Positions 29,501 through 38,809 are shown, numbered from the stretch's first letter. The stretch: 64,000 nucleotides of DNA from a virus (IMGVR_UViG_3300011832_000001:32001-96000); one strand, 5' to 3'. Program-made: numbers and translations. Notes: a model not told the origin generated them from the letters alone.

Positions 29501-31893
29501 ATATTGAAACGTGCAATATGGTCACGACCTGCAAGAGCCATAGCCGTATTGTTTTGTTGTTCAGTTGTAAGTGTTCCCCACTTACCTGCGACCTCATCTA
29601 GAATATCTCCAACTTTTAAGAACTCGCCATTCATATCACGAGTTGCTACACCAATAGCTTCAAGAGCGCTTTCGCCACCTGAACTTAAAGTACGAGTGTA
29701 GATTGTTTTCAATGAACGACCGATTGTAGAACCTGCTTCACGAGTAATTTGACCGATAGCTGTAATGTCACCGATTACTTCATTCATCGAAACACCAACA
29801 GATACAGCAGAACCTGCCACTCTTGAAAGACCTTCTGCAAGTTGCTTAGAGCTTATAGAGAATTGGTTATCGACTTCGTTAATCGAGTCAACTACACGAA
29901 TAGCTTGCTCTTCTACAATACCAAAGGCTTTAGTAATAGATGTGATATACTCTGATGATTCAGTTGCATCTAAATCAGAAATGTTATTGAAAATCTGAGA
30001 TGCTTCTGTCATAGCCATCAATCCATCTCCACTGAAACCTTGTTTAGCAAAGTTTGTCATGATGTCAGTAACCTCTTGAATAGTATTACCTAATTCTTGA
30101 GCTTTGTCAATAGCACCCTCTAACATTCCTTCAAAGTTAGTGTCTGCATCAAGTACACGTTTCCATTCTGTCAATGCCTTATCGACATTTAGAATTTCTG
30201 TATACATATTTCTGAATGCATTAATTGTACCATAGATTGCAGTAGTTGCGATACCCCAAGTTGCAGTACGACCAATAGCGATAAGCATTTGTTGCATTTG
30301 ACTTAAATCACGGTTTGATAGACGTTGCATGGCTTCTCCAAGTTTGTTAACATCACCTGTAGCACCATTCATTTGGTATCTTGTAATCTTCCAAGATTTA
30401 TTATGTTTATCCATAGTTTTCGTTGAAAACTCATATACAGTTTGATTTAAATCATTAACCGATTTCTTGAATGAATACAATTGACCTTGTGGAAGAGATT
30501 GAGCGTATTTTTGAGTTGCATTTTGAATAGATGCATCATTACCCAATTGATAACCAACTCTTTGAAGACCCAATGTAGCACTAGCATCTTTTTCACCTGA
30601 TGCAATAGTTGCTCTAGCTTTATCTCTTTCCTGTCTCATCAGACGAAGTTCAGCAGTAACACGCTCTACATCAACAGCAGAAACTTTAGCACCTCTAGAA
30701 AGTCTATCGAAAACATCAACAGAATTTCTCATGCTTACGTTTCCTTCTCGACCAAAAGCTCTAAGTTGCTCTCTTAGAGTTTCGAAGTCTAATTTCATAG
30801 CTCTAAGTTTATTTCCTGCTTTTTCGAAACCATTGTTAAGACCTAATTTTGTGATTTCTTCACTAACGTCTTGGATACTTTCACGAGCTTCATTTCTCTG
30901 TCCTCTACCCATAGCAAATAGGCTTGCATTGTATTTATTGATGTTTTCATCTGTAAGATTACCTACACCTGCAACGGATGCTTGAGACCCATACATTGCT
31001 TGAGCCTTTTTCAAATCATTATATATTTTTATTTTTTGATGAGCGATTTTTTTAAAGTCAGCATACTCTTGTTGTTGAATAGATATTTTCTTTTTGATTT
31101 GATTTATCTCATCAATTGTTCTAGTTTTAGATATTCCTTGATTGAATGAATTCATATCATCTTTGTTAAGTTTACCACTTGTGTAGCTTTGCTCGATAAC
31201 TGCTCTAAGTTGTCTTCTAGCAATTACCAATTCTTTTAATTTTGCTTTTTGATTGTCAAGCTCACGGATAGACCTTGCTGTTGCAACTCTACTATCATCA
31301 GCGCCTTTTTCAACTACAAAATTAAGAGCCTTAGCTTCACCTTTTGCATTCTTTAAGTTTACAGTAAATCTTTGAAGCTCTTTGTTCCCATCAATGAATA
31401 GAGATTGCATATCTAAAGATGCGTTAAATCCTTTGAATTCTTTTTTTACTTTATTCAAAGTATTGTAAGCAACTTCCATATCATCTTTACCCATACCGAT
31501 AAGGTTTTGTAATCCACCTTTATTGCCATTTTTAGATGTGATTGTATTTTGCATACCTGTTTGAAGTTTTGCAACCTCAGCTTTTGCTTTCTTAATATCA
31601 GAAGCAGATACTTTAATCCCAACATCTGCTAAGTTTAATCCTAAGTTTTTAGTCGCTACAGCCCAAGCACTTCTGATTTGGGTTTGATTAAATTTAGCTC
31701 CAACCTTTACCTCAATATTTGGGATAGCTAAAAATCTATCTCTAATTTTTTTAATTAGACCTTTGTCAAGTCTAAAGTTATCGATTGTAACAGTTGCTTT
31801 GATACCATCTTTTAAGAACTGTTTAGGCTTTGCACCCATTTTAATGCTCTCAACGGTAAGCATTACAAAAGTTTGTTCATTTCTTCCGTCCAT
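23593..31893 (-). CDS. Tape measure protein with glucosaminidase-like and M23 peptidase domains
   Basis: 2766 aa helical; TP901-type TMP core; QWETG...NNVGG...KYAP and HEAVD...HLHYE domains. Confidence 0.92.
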   Translation of the reverse strand: MDGRNEQTFVMLTVESIKMGAKPKQFLKDGIKATVTIDNFRLDKGLIKKIRDRFLAIPNIEVKVGAKFNQTQIRSAWAVATKNLGLNLADVGIKVSASDIKKAKAEVAKLQTGMQNTITSKNGNKGGLQNLIGMGKDDMEVAYNTLNKVKKEFKGFNASLDMQSLFIDGNKELQRFTVNLKNAKGEAKALNFVVEKGADDSRVATARSIRELDNQKAKLKELVIARRQLRAVIEQSYTSGKLNKDDMNSFNQGISKTRTIDEINQIKKKISIQQQEYADFKKIAHQKIKIYNDLKKAQAMYGSQASVAGVGNLTDENINKYNASLFAMGRGQRNEARESIQDVSEEITKLGLNNGFEKAGNKLRAMKLDFETLREQLRAFGREGNVSMRNSVDVFDRLSRGAKVSAVDVERVTAELRLMRQERDKARATIASGEKDASATLGLQRVGYQLGNDASIQNATQKYAQSLPQGQLYSFKKSVNDLNQTVYEFSTKTMDKHNKSWKITRYQMNGATGDVNKLGEAMQRLSNRDLSQMQQMLIAIGRTATWGIATTAIYGTINAFRNMYTEILNVDKALTEWKRVLDADTNFEGMLEGAIDKAQELGNTIQEVTDIMTNFAKQGFSGDGLMAMTEASQIFNNISDLDATESSEYITSITKAFGIVEEQAIRVVDSINEVDNQFSISSKQLAEGLSRVAGSAVSVGVSMNEVIGDITAIGQITREAGSTIGRSLKTIYTRTLSSGGESALEAIGVATRDMNGEFLKVGDILDEVAGKWGTLTTEQQNNTAMALAGRDHIARFNILMQQQDEAVSAVEASMNSYGSAINENINYQKSLEARQNRLKNLFTEMSLVLGDAFLTPAFINAVEIVGDLIKGFSKIVDTVGLLPTIIAPIGALLAVWWQISNKTVLSFSGLVGLTSQWIAKLKGAQGVLVQNLNTMKAMEATAQGTLVGGTKTVATGQKANVQRELPSRFGNVSGGGLVVSRETTNNLGQTTTTMGKLTKASQGATLALAGLRSAFTGLASALGVGIALGAISFGFEWLMRKSSEAKQKVEEFNNTMGAMAQTLNQNAGEVKVATDVYYELSEQENLSTEQTKKLAEAKERLAQLFPSLVIGHDSEGRAILANNEAMKASLELARDMALYKKMEENEELADSYKALTKEIERNKKEEIELRNETRKENGSSGDKKVSTGITGVSSDNVKQATGAYKETKQQIAEITMLENRRKNLEDQQLNLARTRLVNTVQTSQAYQEMDSNMQSVVANAFASLDLEKEKTNALADNSALIENIINQISSLSNEDFSAEKFLSSSNAERNAMKENLDLAKKQAIMRRQELQQKISSKKATKEEKIEYQVLSSTIEKMNDIPMDWANKLQASGIDPEQVESVQEYADAVEITSEVMDRAVKQGELYDALMNTMINGTQEQRLKLEELAEQYYELINAEELSASQRLQLADVTEQLGIAEGFTRDEQYKRVNALMAVKDAHDVLWQIEQQYTNASMSASQKLTKTELENASAVLEAMNAKLQALKTYVNTAQQMIEADNENWEEYAVRGQKAFNQAREVSGNIDAQIAKVAQLQSRASSEFNIQLRDGQALSDKKMQEASEARQEAMDKAEKEMERATFVANKYQLALERINTTQEKMNKQMSRYASHSLGYRKTIETRIKLLKQELKLMVDQRNEMQKQIKTGKLVNYGVSDTGYTSSAGMSSSSSSSSYTSYKGVLGGKLAGTESMFSKYGKKYGVDPALAMAIAQWETGRGTSNLLRTKNNVGGMYDSRNRTFFTFDSIEQGIESMIRNLQKNYISQGLKTIAQIQKKYAPTVGATNDPKGLNNNWTKGVSSMLSQIKKGTTSGTVKISNGDTIGTGFRVPEGWGGARTASFGQRRSYGRHEAVDIDGYKGQRLDSNVNGTVVHAGGANNSIGIPSQYGKTIVIKAGSYYHIYAHLDGISVKKGQKVGVGQKIGVIGNTGNVVASGGGDGSHLHYEVRSKLGRWGQNLVDPTGFANKARTKQKTFNYTTGGGGVQVGAGTYTGDGAQEKANTAQAFHDAKMDVEGQQQAIYQKQAELDQLMMDWLQSLAEDLDRRISKSQAVVERKRGLQEIYQTGGNAWDRLQSNIINATRTTFNEQQKAMNALMKQRRRKDLSGAMKSFLDDKIDELRVQMEETSRAIYTEWFNWLNGNMALYDYRQGINDSNAQFYQGKTQGYANWTKLYRDNMGKSNNMTRASLKEEQNRLAYLEREYAKSGRYSYEQKSQIQAMIKASRLKVQEYENQLKEVAVQLVQSRIAEFDRSMADAMRVQSNRLRSYDTSISRIDKDDNLKYLSELTPLIGNKDTALKAQLKLQQQMSDEYYKQLKNLKWGTEAYEELRQKWIDSQEAVKDLTDAIYDNQQALKDAQKEVSASIVESMKDMFESMRDAELKALDDASKAKEKEYRKELERLDELLEKEEEAGQKRIETIEKQRESYNKMIDDRIKGMNREREAENHQKSMTKLYEQEAELKNKISILALDDSFEAKKRREELMKELKDLQEQISETQSEWDFDKQIEGIEDGRDVANEQFDDAVERENKYLEELRKSIEAQREALDDEMEKFNETLDEKREAINKYYDDIANHQIEWNKMQKEMLEGNFTTVNEYLEKLNSGASDAFKELLGGFPDDFKNLGTSISDTLANLGNILQNNILRNLADMEKLLAEISKSTDGNKGSTPIDVVPNMINPTSMVSLSTAGASNVVANAGSVNQFGDISLSFPNVTDSTNVPDIIEKIMIELQKKYGIGI

Positions 31894-31921
31894 TTATTTC
31901 CCTTCCTTTCCTTTTTTATAC

Positions 31922-31958
31922 AAAAAAAATGGGGTATAACTAGTTTTAGTTATACCCC
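31922..31958 (-). terminator. Intrinsic terminator
   Basis: GGGGTATAACTA stem plus U tract on -. Confidence 0.7.
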
Positions 31959-31973
31959 GTATGTGTTTATAAA

Positions 31974-32531
31974 TTACCAATATGGAACTCCCATAGAATA
32001 ATTATCATTTCCTGAATACCCTTTAGATGTTGAATATCTAATTATCTTCACGGGCAAACTTTTTGGCATCTTAACGTATTCATCAATTGCCCTTCCTATA
32101 AAATCATACCCACGAAAATACCCAAATCTAGGAACATCCCTAAATGAAGGTTTTCGAGTTTTCCAACCTTGAGAGATTAGAATTGCGCTATGACCTTTGT
32201 TTGTATTAGAGCTAAATAAACTATCTCTTATAACCTTTGAATCATCAAATTCTATATAGACATAGTAATAAGCTCTGCCATTAAAAATTGTTTTCCTCAC
32301 ACCTGTTTGAACCAAACTGTGTAATAACCTATATTGTCTTTCATAGACTGTAGGTTGATAAGAAGCATAATAAGCTTCAATGTGCTTTTGAATTAAACTT
32401 CTTAAAATTGTAGCTTCTCTATCTAACATACTGACTAGAACTGTTTCCTGTAAAGAACTTCCCTGTCTAGCCATTTCGGGAATTCGCATTATTAAATCAT
32501 TCGGACTTGGATTCATCTTCAACAACTTCAT
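31974..32531 (-). CDS. Tail-associated hypothetical protein
   Basis: Y..Y.P..Y.R motif; tail module position. Confidence 0.6.
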   Translation of the reverse strand: MKLLKMNPSPNDLIMRIPEMARQGSSLQETVLVSMLDREATILRSLIQKHIEAYYASYQPTVYERQYRLLHSLVQTGVRKTIFNGRAYYYVYIEFDDSKVIRDSLFSSNTNKGHSAILISQGWKTRKPSFRDVPRFGYFRGYDFIGRAIDEYVKMPKSLPVKIIRYSTSKGYSGNDNYSMGVPYW

Positions 32532-33054
32532 TTCTTAAGAAATCAAATTGAGCCAATACCTCATCATTTTGAATACTTTGTTCAGCTTGTTCTAAAGCAA
32601 TAGAAATATTTTCATTATTCTTTTCAATGAAATCAGAAATATATTTAAACACTGATGCAACTTGGTCTTCATCCATTGTTTTAACAACATCAGTCCAAAG
32701 TCCTGCATCTACAAAATCAAATACAGAAGACATTACTTCCGAATAAGTCTCTCCAATATCATCCAAGCTAGTGAAATGCTTCAAGCATAGAGCAATGATA
32801 TAAGCTCCAAAATTAGTTTCTTTTTCTTCTACTGTAAATTTGTATTCTTCATTTTCATCTTCATAAATTAAATTAGCAACCATCTCAGAAGCTAAATCAG
32901 CTTTCTTCGATTCAACAAATCTAGAGTCAACTTCAATCCAATAAGTGATTTCAGCACCCTCTTCATTTGTGACTGTAATGGTTTTCTTTTCACGCTTTGG
33001 TGTAAAGTCCTTATTAACTTTTGCTAATGTAAGTTTTTTACCTTTATTTGCCAT
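32497..33054 (-). CDS. Putative tail assembly chaperone
   Basis: Acidic protein between tail tube and TMP; likely ATG 33054. Confidence 0.6.
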   Translation of the reverse strand: MANKGKKLTLAKVNKDFTPKREKKTITVTNEEGAEITYWIEVDSRFVESKKADLASEMVANLIYEDENEEYKFTVEEKETNFGAYIIALCLKHFTSLDDIGETYSEVMSSVFDFVDAGLWTDVVKTMDEDQVASVFKYISDFIEKNNENISIALEQAEQSIQNDEVLAQFDFLRNEVVEDESKSE

Positions 33055-33146
33055 TTCTTTTCTCTCCCTTTTAATCATAAAATCTTGTCGCATTGGCGAC
33101 TTTATTATAGGGAGAAATAAATTCTCCCTACTAAAAATCGTCAATC

Positions 33147-35426
33147 TTAGTAACGAATCAATTCAACCATTTTCTTACCATTCGCATCTTGAAGTACATC
33201 AAGGTTGAATGTGAAAGTAGATGGGTTCTCAGGGTCTAACGTGATAGTCATACCCGGTAATAGCTTCGCTTTTGGAATGTTGATTTGGAATGCATGGTCT
33301 TTACCATCTTTTTCATTACGAACCAATGTGTTAGCAACAACACGGTAAGTTGATGGATAGTCGTTAGAGTTAAATGTAACTGTAACTGCTTCCGTAACTT
33401 CTTTTTCGTAGTAGATGATATACTGAGCACCAACTACAAGAGCTGTTCCTGCAAGAGTAACAGAACCTGTAACAAACTGATAACCATCAGTAGCACTATC
33501 AGCGATTTCCTCACCACTACCACCATCAGCCAACATTTGAACCTGAACAACTGTTTCTGCATCTGCAACAGGAATTACACCATCAGCAGGAGCTACAGCT
33601 TTCTTAGTAAGCATAACTGTTTTAGTTCCTGTCTCAGCTTGTGTACCTGCCATCATAGCCAATGATTGGTCAGAAAGTAAAGCATCCTCTACTTGTAATT
33701 GTCCTTCCTATTGTATTCGCTATAAGTCGCAACACTTATAACCGTTCTTGCCAAGTAGTATCAAGAACTGCTTATGGTTTCCCATAAGTATAGACTATAT
33801 CAAAAACTCAATCGAGTTCCTTCCCATTTCCAACACCATTAGCTTGTGTTGTACTCGCATTTCAGCGATAGTCGTTGAGGATTGAATCTATATTATTTTT
33901 TAAAATTTGTAAATTGTAATTTCTATATCTAGCATAGTTTCTTTGTCTTACTCTTATCAAAGGAATATTCATATTTTCACAATATTCATTTTTGGTATTA
34001 TCATTTGATTTTTGATTTTCAAAGCTACTTTCTCCGCCAAAGAATTCAATTGGCTTATAGTGTTGCTCTCCGTCAAATTCAATCAGACATATCAACTTAT
34101 TTTTATGATATACTCCAAAATCAAATCTAAGACTATAATTTTGATTTATGCCACTCTTTAAATCTTCGAATGTTACTTCTCTTTCTACTTCCAATTTAAA
34201 TTCATTGATAAGATTAAAGTATAGGTCATCTGCCCAAATGTTATTTGATTTTCTACAGAAATCACATTTTGAACCACCCATAACTTTATGATGATATTTT
34301 TCATTTAATTTATGACAATCAGAACATTTATATAGAGACTTCTCTCTGCTACCTCTGTACTCAATCATTATTAAATTCATATATCCTTGAAATTTATTAA
34401 TTATCTCAGCATTGCAAATTTCTAAATTTTTTAATTTGGAATTTGAGCAAGATGGACAATTATCATTTCCTGAAATTCGAAGTCTGACAAAAGAACAATC
34501 AAAATCATTTGAACATGAATTACATTTCAGAAAAACTCTCTCATCATCAAAATCAATTAAGCTATAATTTTTTTCCTTACAGCTCTCATCTATTAAAGAT
34601 TTTCTACTACATCTCTTACATGAATATCCACGATGAGAAAAGTTAGATGGAATAACATTAACTTCCTCTAAACATTTATTGCAGGATATAGTAACTGATG
34701 TTTTAGCGTTTTTATAATCCGAAATCAATTTAAAATCAAATTCTTTTAATTTATTATAGAATTTACTCATAATATAGACTCCTTTCCTGCGTATTATCCA
34801 TTTTAATTATATCATATATAATTAAATCTGTCAACTTTTTATAGCATTTACGTTTGTGTTTCCACTCCGCTTTAGCATGACAGCTTTAGGATTTTCACGC
34901 ATTTAAAGAAGTTTCGACATGGCATCACTACCATGAAGCGCAAATTATTTACGGTTGTAGTCCCCACTACAAATATATTCAATACAGTTCGTTAAGCTGT
35001 ATTCGTCATAAGACTGCTCATAGTTTCCCATGAGATTAGACTATATCTTCAATCAATTAAGATTGCCCTCCGTTTCCATTCACTTGAATGTACGTTAAAA
35101 ACTAGTCGTTGAAGTTTACCCATTTTAAAGGGTCTTACCTGCTTATTGTCCAATCCTAAATATTTTCAAGCATTCACACTTACCTTTTCAGATTATGTTG
35201 TAGCTATTTAGGCTCTAAGGATTTTCAAGCAATTAGAAGGGTTTTAATTGAGCAGGACTTTCGTTTACCCAATGATACGTGGATTACCTTGTCCACCTCG
35301 CGCATAAACAGTCTCTCCCGTTAACTCTAGGTTAGACATTTTAGCTGTGTCCATGAAAAGGACAGGTTTATTTGTTTCTAAGTCGATGAAAATTAAATCA
35401 GCAACCTCTTTAATACCATAACGCAT
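33147..35426 (-). CDS. Major tail tube protein, 3 exons: 35426-35267, 34964-34951, 33707-33147 (244 aa spliced)
   Basis: Joined exons read in frame ...GGQGNPRIIG-WDYNR-EGQLQVEDALLS...; GGAGG RBS; C-terminal FQINIPKAKL...PSTFTF. Confidence 0.88.
33862..34770 (-). CDS. Intron-encoded endonuclease: CxxC repeats plus Vsr/EDxHD-like nuclease domain
   Basis: Repeated CxxC; LRFDF...IEFDGEQHY...K.EYC...IPLIRV; stop overlaps the intron core. Confidence 0.82.
   Translation of the reverse strand: MSKFYNKLKEFDFKLISDYKNAKTSVTISCNKCLEEVNVIPSNFSHRGYSCKRCSRKSLIDESCKEKNYSLIDFDDERVFLKCNSCSNDFDCSFVRLRISGNDNCPSCSNSKLKNLEICNAEIINKFQGYMNLIMIEYRGSREKSLYKCSDCHKLNEKYHHKVMGGSKCDFCRKSNNIWADDLYFNLINEFKLEVEREVTFEDLKSGINQNYSLRFDFGVYHKNKLICLIEFDGEQHYKPIEFFGGESSFENQKSNDNTKNEYCENMNIPLIRVRQRNYARYRNYNLQILKNNIDSILNDYR
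34806..34834 (-). promoter_or_regulatory. Intron-internal sigmaA promoter for the endonuclease
   Basis: TTGACA-17-TATAAT with TG on -. Confidence 0.8.
34965..35266 (-). mobile_element. Group I intron 1 (302 nt, ORF-less)
   Basis: P1 AUUGGGU/GCUCAAU with U.G; P10 AGUCCU/GGGACU; CAACGACTAG and AAGATATAGTC; terminal G. Confidence 0.92.
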
Positions 35427-35497
35427 TAAATTTTTCCTCCTTATTAATAAAAAAACTTTCAGTAAATTTGCTTCTCGATATAGGACTCTCACCTATA

Positions 35498-36217
35498 TCA
35501 AGATTCAGGATTACTACTCCAATGTTTCATCTCAACGTCTTTTGCTCCTTGCAATAGAGCGCCAAAATTCATTTCAAACTCATCAATCATCTGTAGGCGC
35601 TTGTACTCATCATAAAGCTGATAAACTGTCAAGTCCCAAATTTTGAGCTTGTCTAAACTATTGCTCCTTGTGCTTACTGATGATATAATGTCAGAGAATC
35701 TAATAGGTGATTCACTACTCTTTGCTTTTCCGATTTTTTCTTTAGCTTGCTTAATTTTTGAAGCTATCTCTTCGGCTTTTGGGTCAGCAGGAACATATTT
35801 CTCTGATTCGGAATCGGCTAGACCATAAAGTATTTTAACAATATTGATGACTTCGTAGTATTTATCACGACTTAATATTTTTCCTTTATTGTCACCCGAC
35901 TCAAAAATAATCTCTAGATTATTATTTAGGTTCACTTTTGACTTAAAGACTAATTCGAAAGCTCTAAGCATATTCAAGAATTGTTCATTTTGCCCCACAA
36001 GTTTAAAATATTGATGTGGCATTAGATAACGAGCTTCCTTAGGTAATCCTTTGAAAAACTCCTCATCTAAATCGAAAGTTACATATGATAAAACCTTAGC
36101 ATAATCTTCATAGCCCATATCTTTAATCTCTCTCAAAGTAAGCGAGGGGATGCTTATTCCTTGATAGTCTATAGGTTCACCTGACAATAACTTAATTGCT
36201 AATGTTTCATTAATCAT
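35498..36217 (-). CDS. Virion morphogenesis hypothetical protein
   Basis: Position in neck/tail block. Confidence 0.6.
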   Translation of the reverse strand: MINETLAIKLLSGEPIDYQGISIPSLTLREIKDMGYEDYAKVLSYVTFDLDEEFFKGLPKEARYLMPHQYFKLVGQNEQFLNMLRAFELVFKSKVNLNNNLEIIFESGDNKGKILSRDKYYEVINIVKILYGLADSESEKYVPADPKAEEIASKIKQAKEKIGKAKSSESPIRFSDIISSVSTRSNSLDKLKIWDLTVYQLYDEYKRLQMIDEFEMNFGALLQGAKDVEMKHWSSNPES

Positions 36218-36220
36218 TAT

Positions 36221-36754
36221 TTATCGCTCGTTTTTCTCATGAATACCAAAGGCTTCGGCTACTAACCTAACCCCATGATAGTTTTCATTAACAGGTAATT
36301 GTACAAAGTCTGTGAATCTTAAAATTCCCAATGTACTTTTACTTTGTTCAGGTGTTTTCGATTCTGCTTCGAATGTATTCATAATCTCTCTAGCAATTGA
36401 AAAAGCTCTGACTTGTTTTGACATGACCCCATCAGTAGGTCTTGGAGCATTTATAGTCCACATAGATACAGGTACGATAATATCAAAAAGAATCGGAATA
36501 TCCGTCATAGTCATAGAGCCATCGAATTTCCCACTTTCAATGTACACACGGAGAATAATCTCATCATGTTCAGGTACACTTTCAGGGCTGAATGGATATG
36601 GCTGTAATTCTCTGTATATCATCTTCTCTGTTTTCAAAGGACGACCCAACGGGTCATCTTCTTTATTTTGTACTAACTTTTTTAAAATTTCATTTCTTTC
36701 CATCTCATAAAGTAAAATGGCAGTATCATTATTTAGAATGTCGAAAATATGCAT
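36221..36754 (-). CDS. Putative tail terminator / neck protein
   Basis: Position; likely ATG 36754 coupled by TAATG. Confidence 0.55.
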   Translation of the reverse strand: MHIFDILNNDTAILLYEMERNEILKKLVQNKEDDPLGRPLKTEKMIYRELQPYPFSPESVPEHDEIILRVYIESGKFDGSMTMTDIPILFDIIVPVSMWTINAPRPTDGVMSKQVRAFSIAREIMNTFEAESKTPEQSKSTLGILRFTDFVQLPVNENYHGVRLVAEAFGIHEKNER

Positions 36755-37449
36755 TAGAAAGGACTCCATTCTGTATCATCACCACTATGACTTCCTGAAT
36801 TAGCAACATCGTTATTAGCAATGTCATTAACCAAATCGTCTTTCGGGCTGATGTTGTCTGTTTTTGCTACAATTCTTAAAATATTTTCAATACTTACATT
36901 ATCGATACTTTCAATAACGTAAGCTTGTCCTTTGATTAAGAATCTCATGTTGACTCTTATTTTCCTAGAGTTTTCATTCTCTTGTACATAAAAGTCTGCT
37001 TTTGTACTAGGCGCATTAACGTCTAGCGAATCTTCACGAATGTTCGCTGTGCGATGCATACCGTGAGATAAAAATTCCAACACTTCGTTTCCAAAATCTA
37101 TCTTAACTAGTGAATTAATTTTTCTAGTTTTTGCTTTAGGGAAAATTTCATTATAGTAATCAATGAATGTCATCCACTTAGATGAATCTTCATCCATAAC
37201 AATAATATCTCCTTCTCGGATTTCTGAGCCTGATTCAAATAGAAACGTTCTAGCACTTAGTTCATTTTCATTGACATATCTAGCGCCATATGTTAATACT
37301 TGACCATCAGGTTTAATTACCTGAGCTTCTATATAGTTTGGATTGTTTGCAAATACATTTGAAACGTTGTTGGCTGTATTGAGCTTTTTACTTTCTCTTA
37401 TACTTCCACCTTCAACTTCCATTCTTTTTCTAAAGTTATCGAAAGCCAT
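36754..37449 (-). CDS. Putative head closure / neck protein
   Basis: Position; beta-rich. Confidence 0.55.
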   Translation of the reverse strand: MAFDNFRKRMEVEGGSIRESKKLNTANNVSNVFANNPNYIEAQVIKPDGQVLTYGARYVNENELSARTFLFESGSEIREGDIIVMDEDSSKWMTFIDYYNEIFPKAKTRKINSLVKIDFGNEVLEFLSHGMHRTANIREDSLDVNAPSTKADFYVQENENSRKIRVNMRFLIKGQAYVIESIDNVSIENILRIVAKTDNISPKDDLVNDIANNDVANSGSHSGDDTEWSPF

Positions 37450-37450
37450 A

Positions 37451-37762
37451 TTAACTCAACTCTTCTCTAACTTTTTTAATTAGACTTATGCATTTGAAAA
37501 CTTCACTCTTAATTGAAGAGTGTTTAATATCATTGTTTTTTATTAAAACTTGAATCGATGCTAATGTCATTACGATTGAGATGTATTTACTATTCTGAGA
37601 AATATCCTCAGAGATTGCATACATTCCTCCCAATTCAATTAGCAATGAATCCATATATTTGTTGATTCCCTCATTTGAATCTTCATACAAAACTAGAATT
37701 TTATAAACTCTATTAATTAATTCATCTAGGTATTTAGAAACAACTTTATCTGTCTCAGTCAT
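37451..37762 (-). CDS. Hypothetical protein
   Basis: Likely ATG 37762 overlapping the upstream stop. Confidence 0.6.
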   Translation of the reverse strand: MTETDKVVSKYLDELINRVYKILVLYEDSNEGINKYMDSLLIELGGMYAISEDISQNSKYISIVMTLASIQVLIKNNDIKHSSIKSEVFKCISLIKKVREELS

Positions 37763-38171
37763 TTTTAGACCCCCAATTTTTGAAGGCATATCTACTTTTC
37801 TTAGCTTCAACATCAGAGACCATAGTTTTATATAATGAAATCATTTCCTTAATATGATTAGCCTGTGAGTAGGCACGAAACTCTCTATCTGTTAATTCTC
37901 TTTCAAGCAAATTAACGTTTATAATTTTCGGTTTCAAATAAGAAACAATCATATAGTCAGAAAGAATGTCAAGTTCTGTATTTGTTAAATCAGCATTAAA
38001 AGCAGTATCTGTAACGTCTTCTAAATCTTTTTTACAGCTACTAAATTCACCAACCGCCAAAATTAAATAGTCATTAAGAGAATCTTTCAATTCTTCATCG
38101 GTGTATAAAACAAAAGTAAAATCTTTAACCTTAGAGAGAAACAGACGATAAACTTTATCAAATTCTGTCAT
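37755..38171 (-). CDS. Putative head-tail adaptor
   Basis: MT.F..VY..FL.K start, helical, after capsid genes. Confidence 0.6.
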   Translation of the reverse strand: MTEFDKVYRLFLSKVKDFTFVLYTDEELKDSLNDYLILAVGEFSSCKKDLEDVTDTAFNADLTNTELDILSDYMIVSYLKPKIINVNLLERELTDREFRAYSQANHIKEMISLYKTMVSDVEAKKSRYAFKNWGSKND

Positions 38172-38185
38172 TTAAAACCTCTCCT

Positions 38186-38809
38186 TTATTCAGTTAAATC
38201 TAGACCTGTAATTTTTTCAAGAACATTAACTTTTCTTAAATCGATAGATTCATTATTTTTGATTTTCTTAGAAACATGACTAACCAAAAGCTTCTTAGAA
38301 CTCTTAGATAATTTATCAAAAGTCTTTTCAATTCTTTCAGGAGATAAATCTAGATATGCATCTAACTCTTCTTCATCTTGGAATACATTTGTATAATCCA
38401 ATTTAAAGTGGTCTGCGATTTCCTCATCCAAAAGAATGATAAAAGGATATTTTAAATATCTTGGATGACGGTTGTTCATTTGAACTAACTCACCAAAAGG
38501 AATTTCATCATAATCTCCCATGTGTTGCAAGTCAAAACTGTATCCTGATTTCAATGAACTGTAAAACACATTGCTGTTTGTTGCTGAAATAATAGGAACT
38601 AATCTGTCATTGTCAAATTGTGTTCTACTCTTACGAGTATTTGCAGAACGTGTAGGAATAACTGATTCCTCTTCTTCTTCATCTTTAACTTCTTCTTCAT
38701 CTAGCTCTTTGGCCATAGCTTTTAATTTTGCATGATGCAAATCTTCAATGTCCTCAAGTTTATATTTTCCTGAGTCAACTAATTTTTTAATGTCGTCCTT
38801 TTTAGCCAT
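38186..38809 (-). CDS. Hypothetical protein (head module)
   Basis: RBS, position. Confidence 0.6.
   Translation of the reverse strand: MAKKDDIKKLVDSGKYKLEDIEDLHHAKLKAMAKELDEEEVKDEEEEESVIPTRSANTRKSRTQFDNDRLVPIISATNSNVFYSSLKSGYSFDLQHMGDYDEIPFGELVQMNNRHPRYLKYPFIILLDEEIADHFKLDYTNVFQDEEELDAYLDLSPERIEKTFDKLSKSSKKLLVSHVSKKIKNNESIDLRKVNVLEKITGLDLTE

Larger units (their letters stand above)
33708..34950 (-). mobile_element. Group I intron 2 (1243 nt) carrying a homing endonuclease
   Basis: Exon ends in U, intron ends in G; P7 elements CAACGACTA and GATATAGTC; P9 TTATGG-GAAA-CCATAA. Confidence 0.9.

Noticed and set aside
31974-33054. Programmed frameshift between tail chaperone ORFs
   Set aside because: No convincing slippery heptamer near the overlap; the downstream ORF has its own plausible start.
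35265-35492. 75-aa ORF and 33147-33662 ORF as separate genes, a pseudogene or a recoded stop
   Set aside because: They are exons of one gene. The TAA spans the 5' splice site and group I core elements are present.
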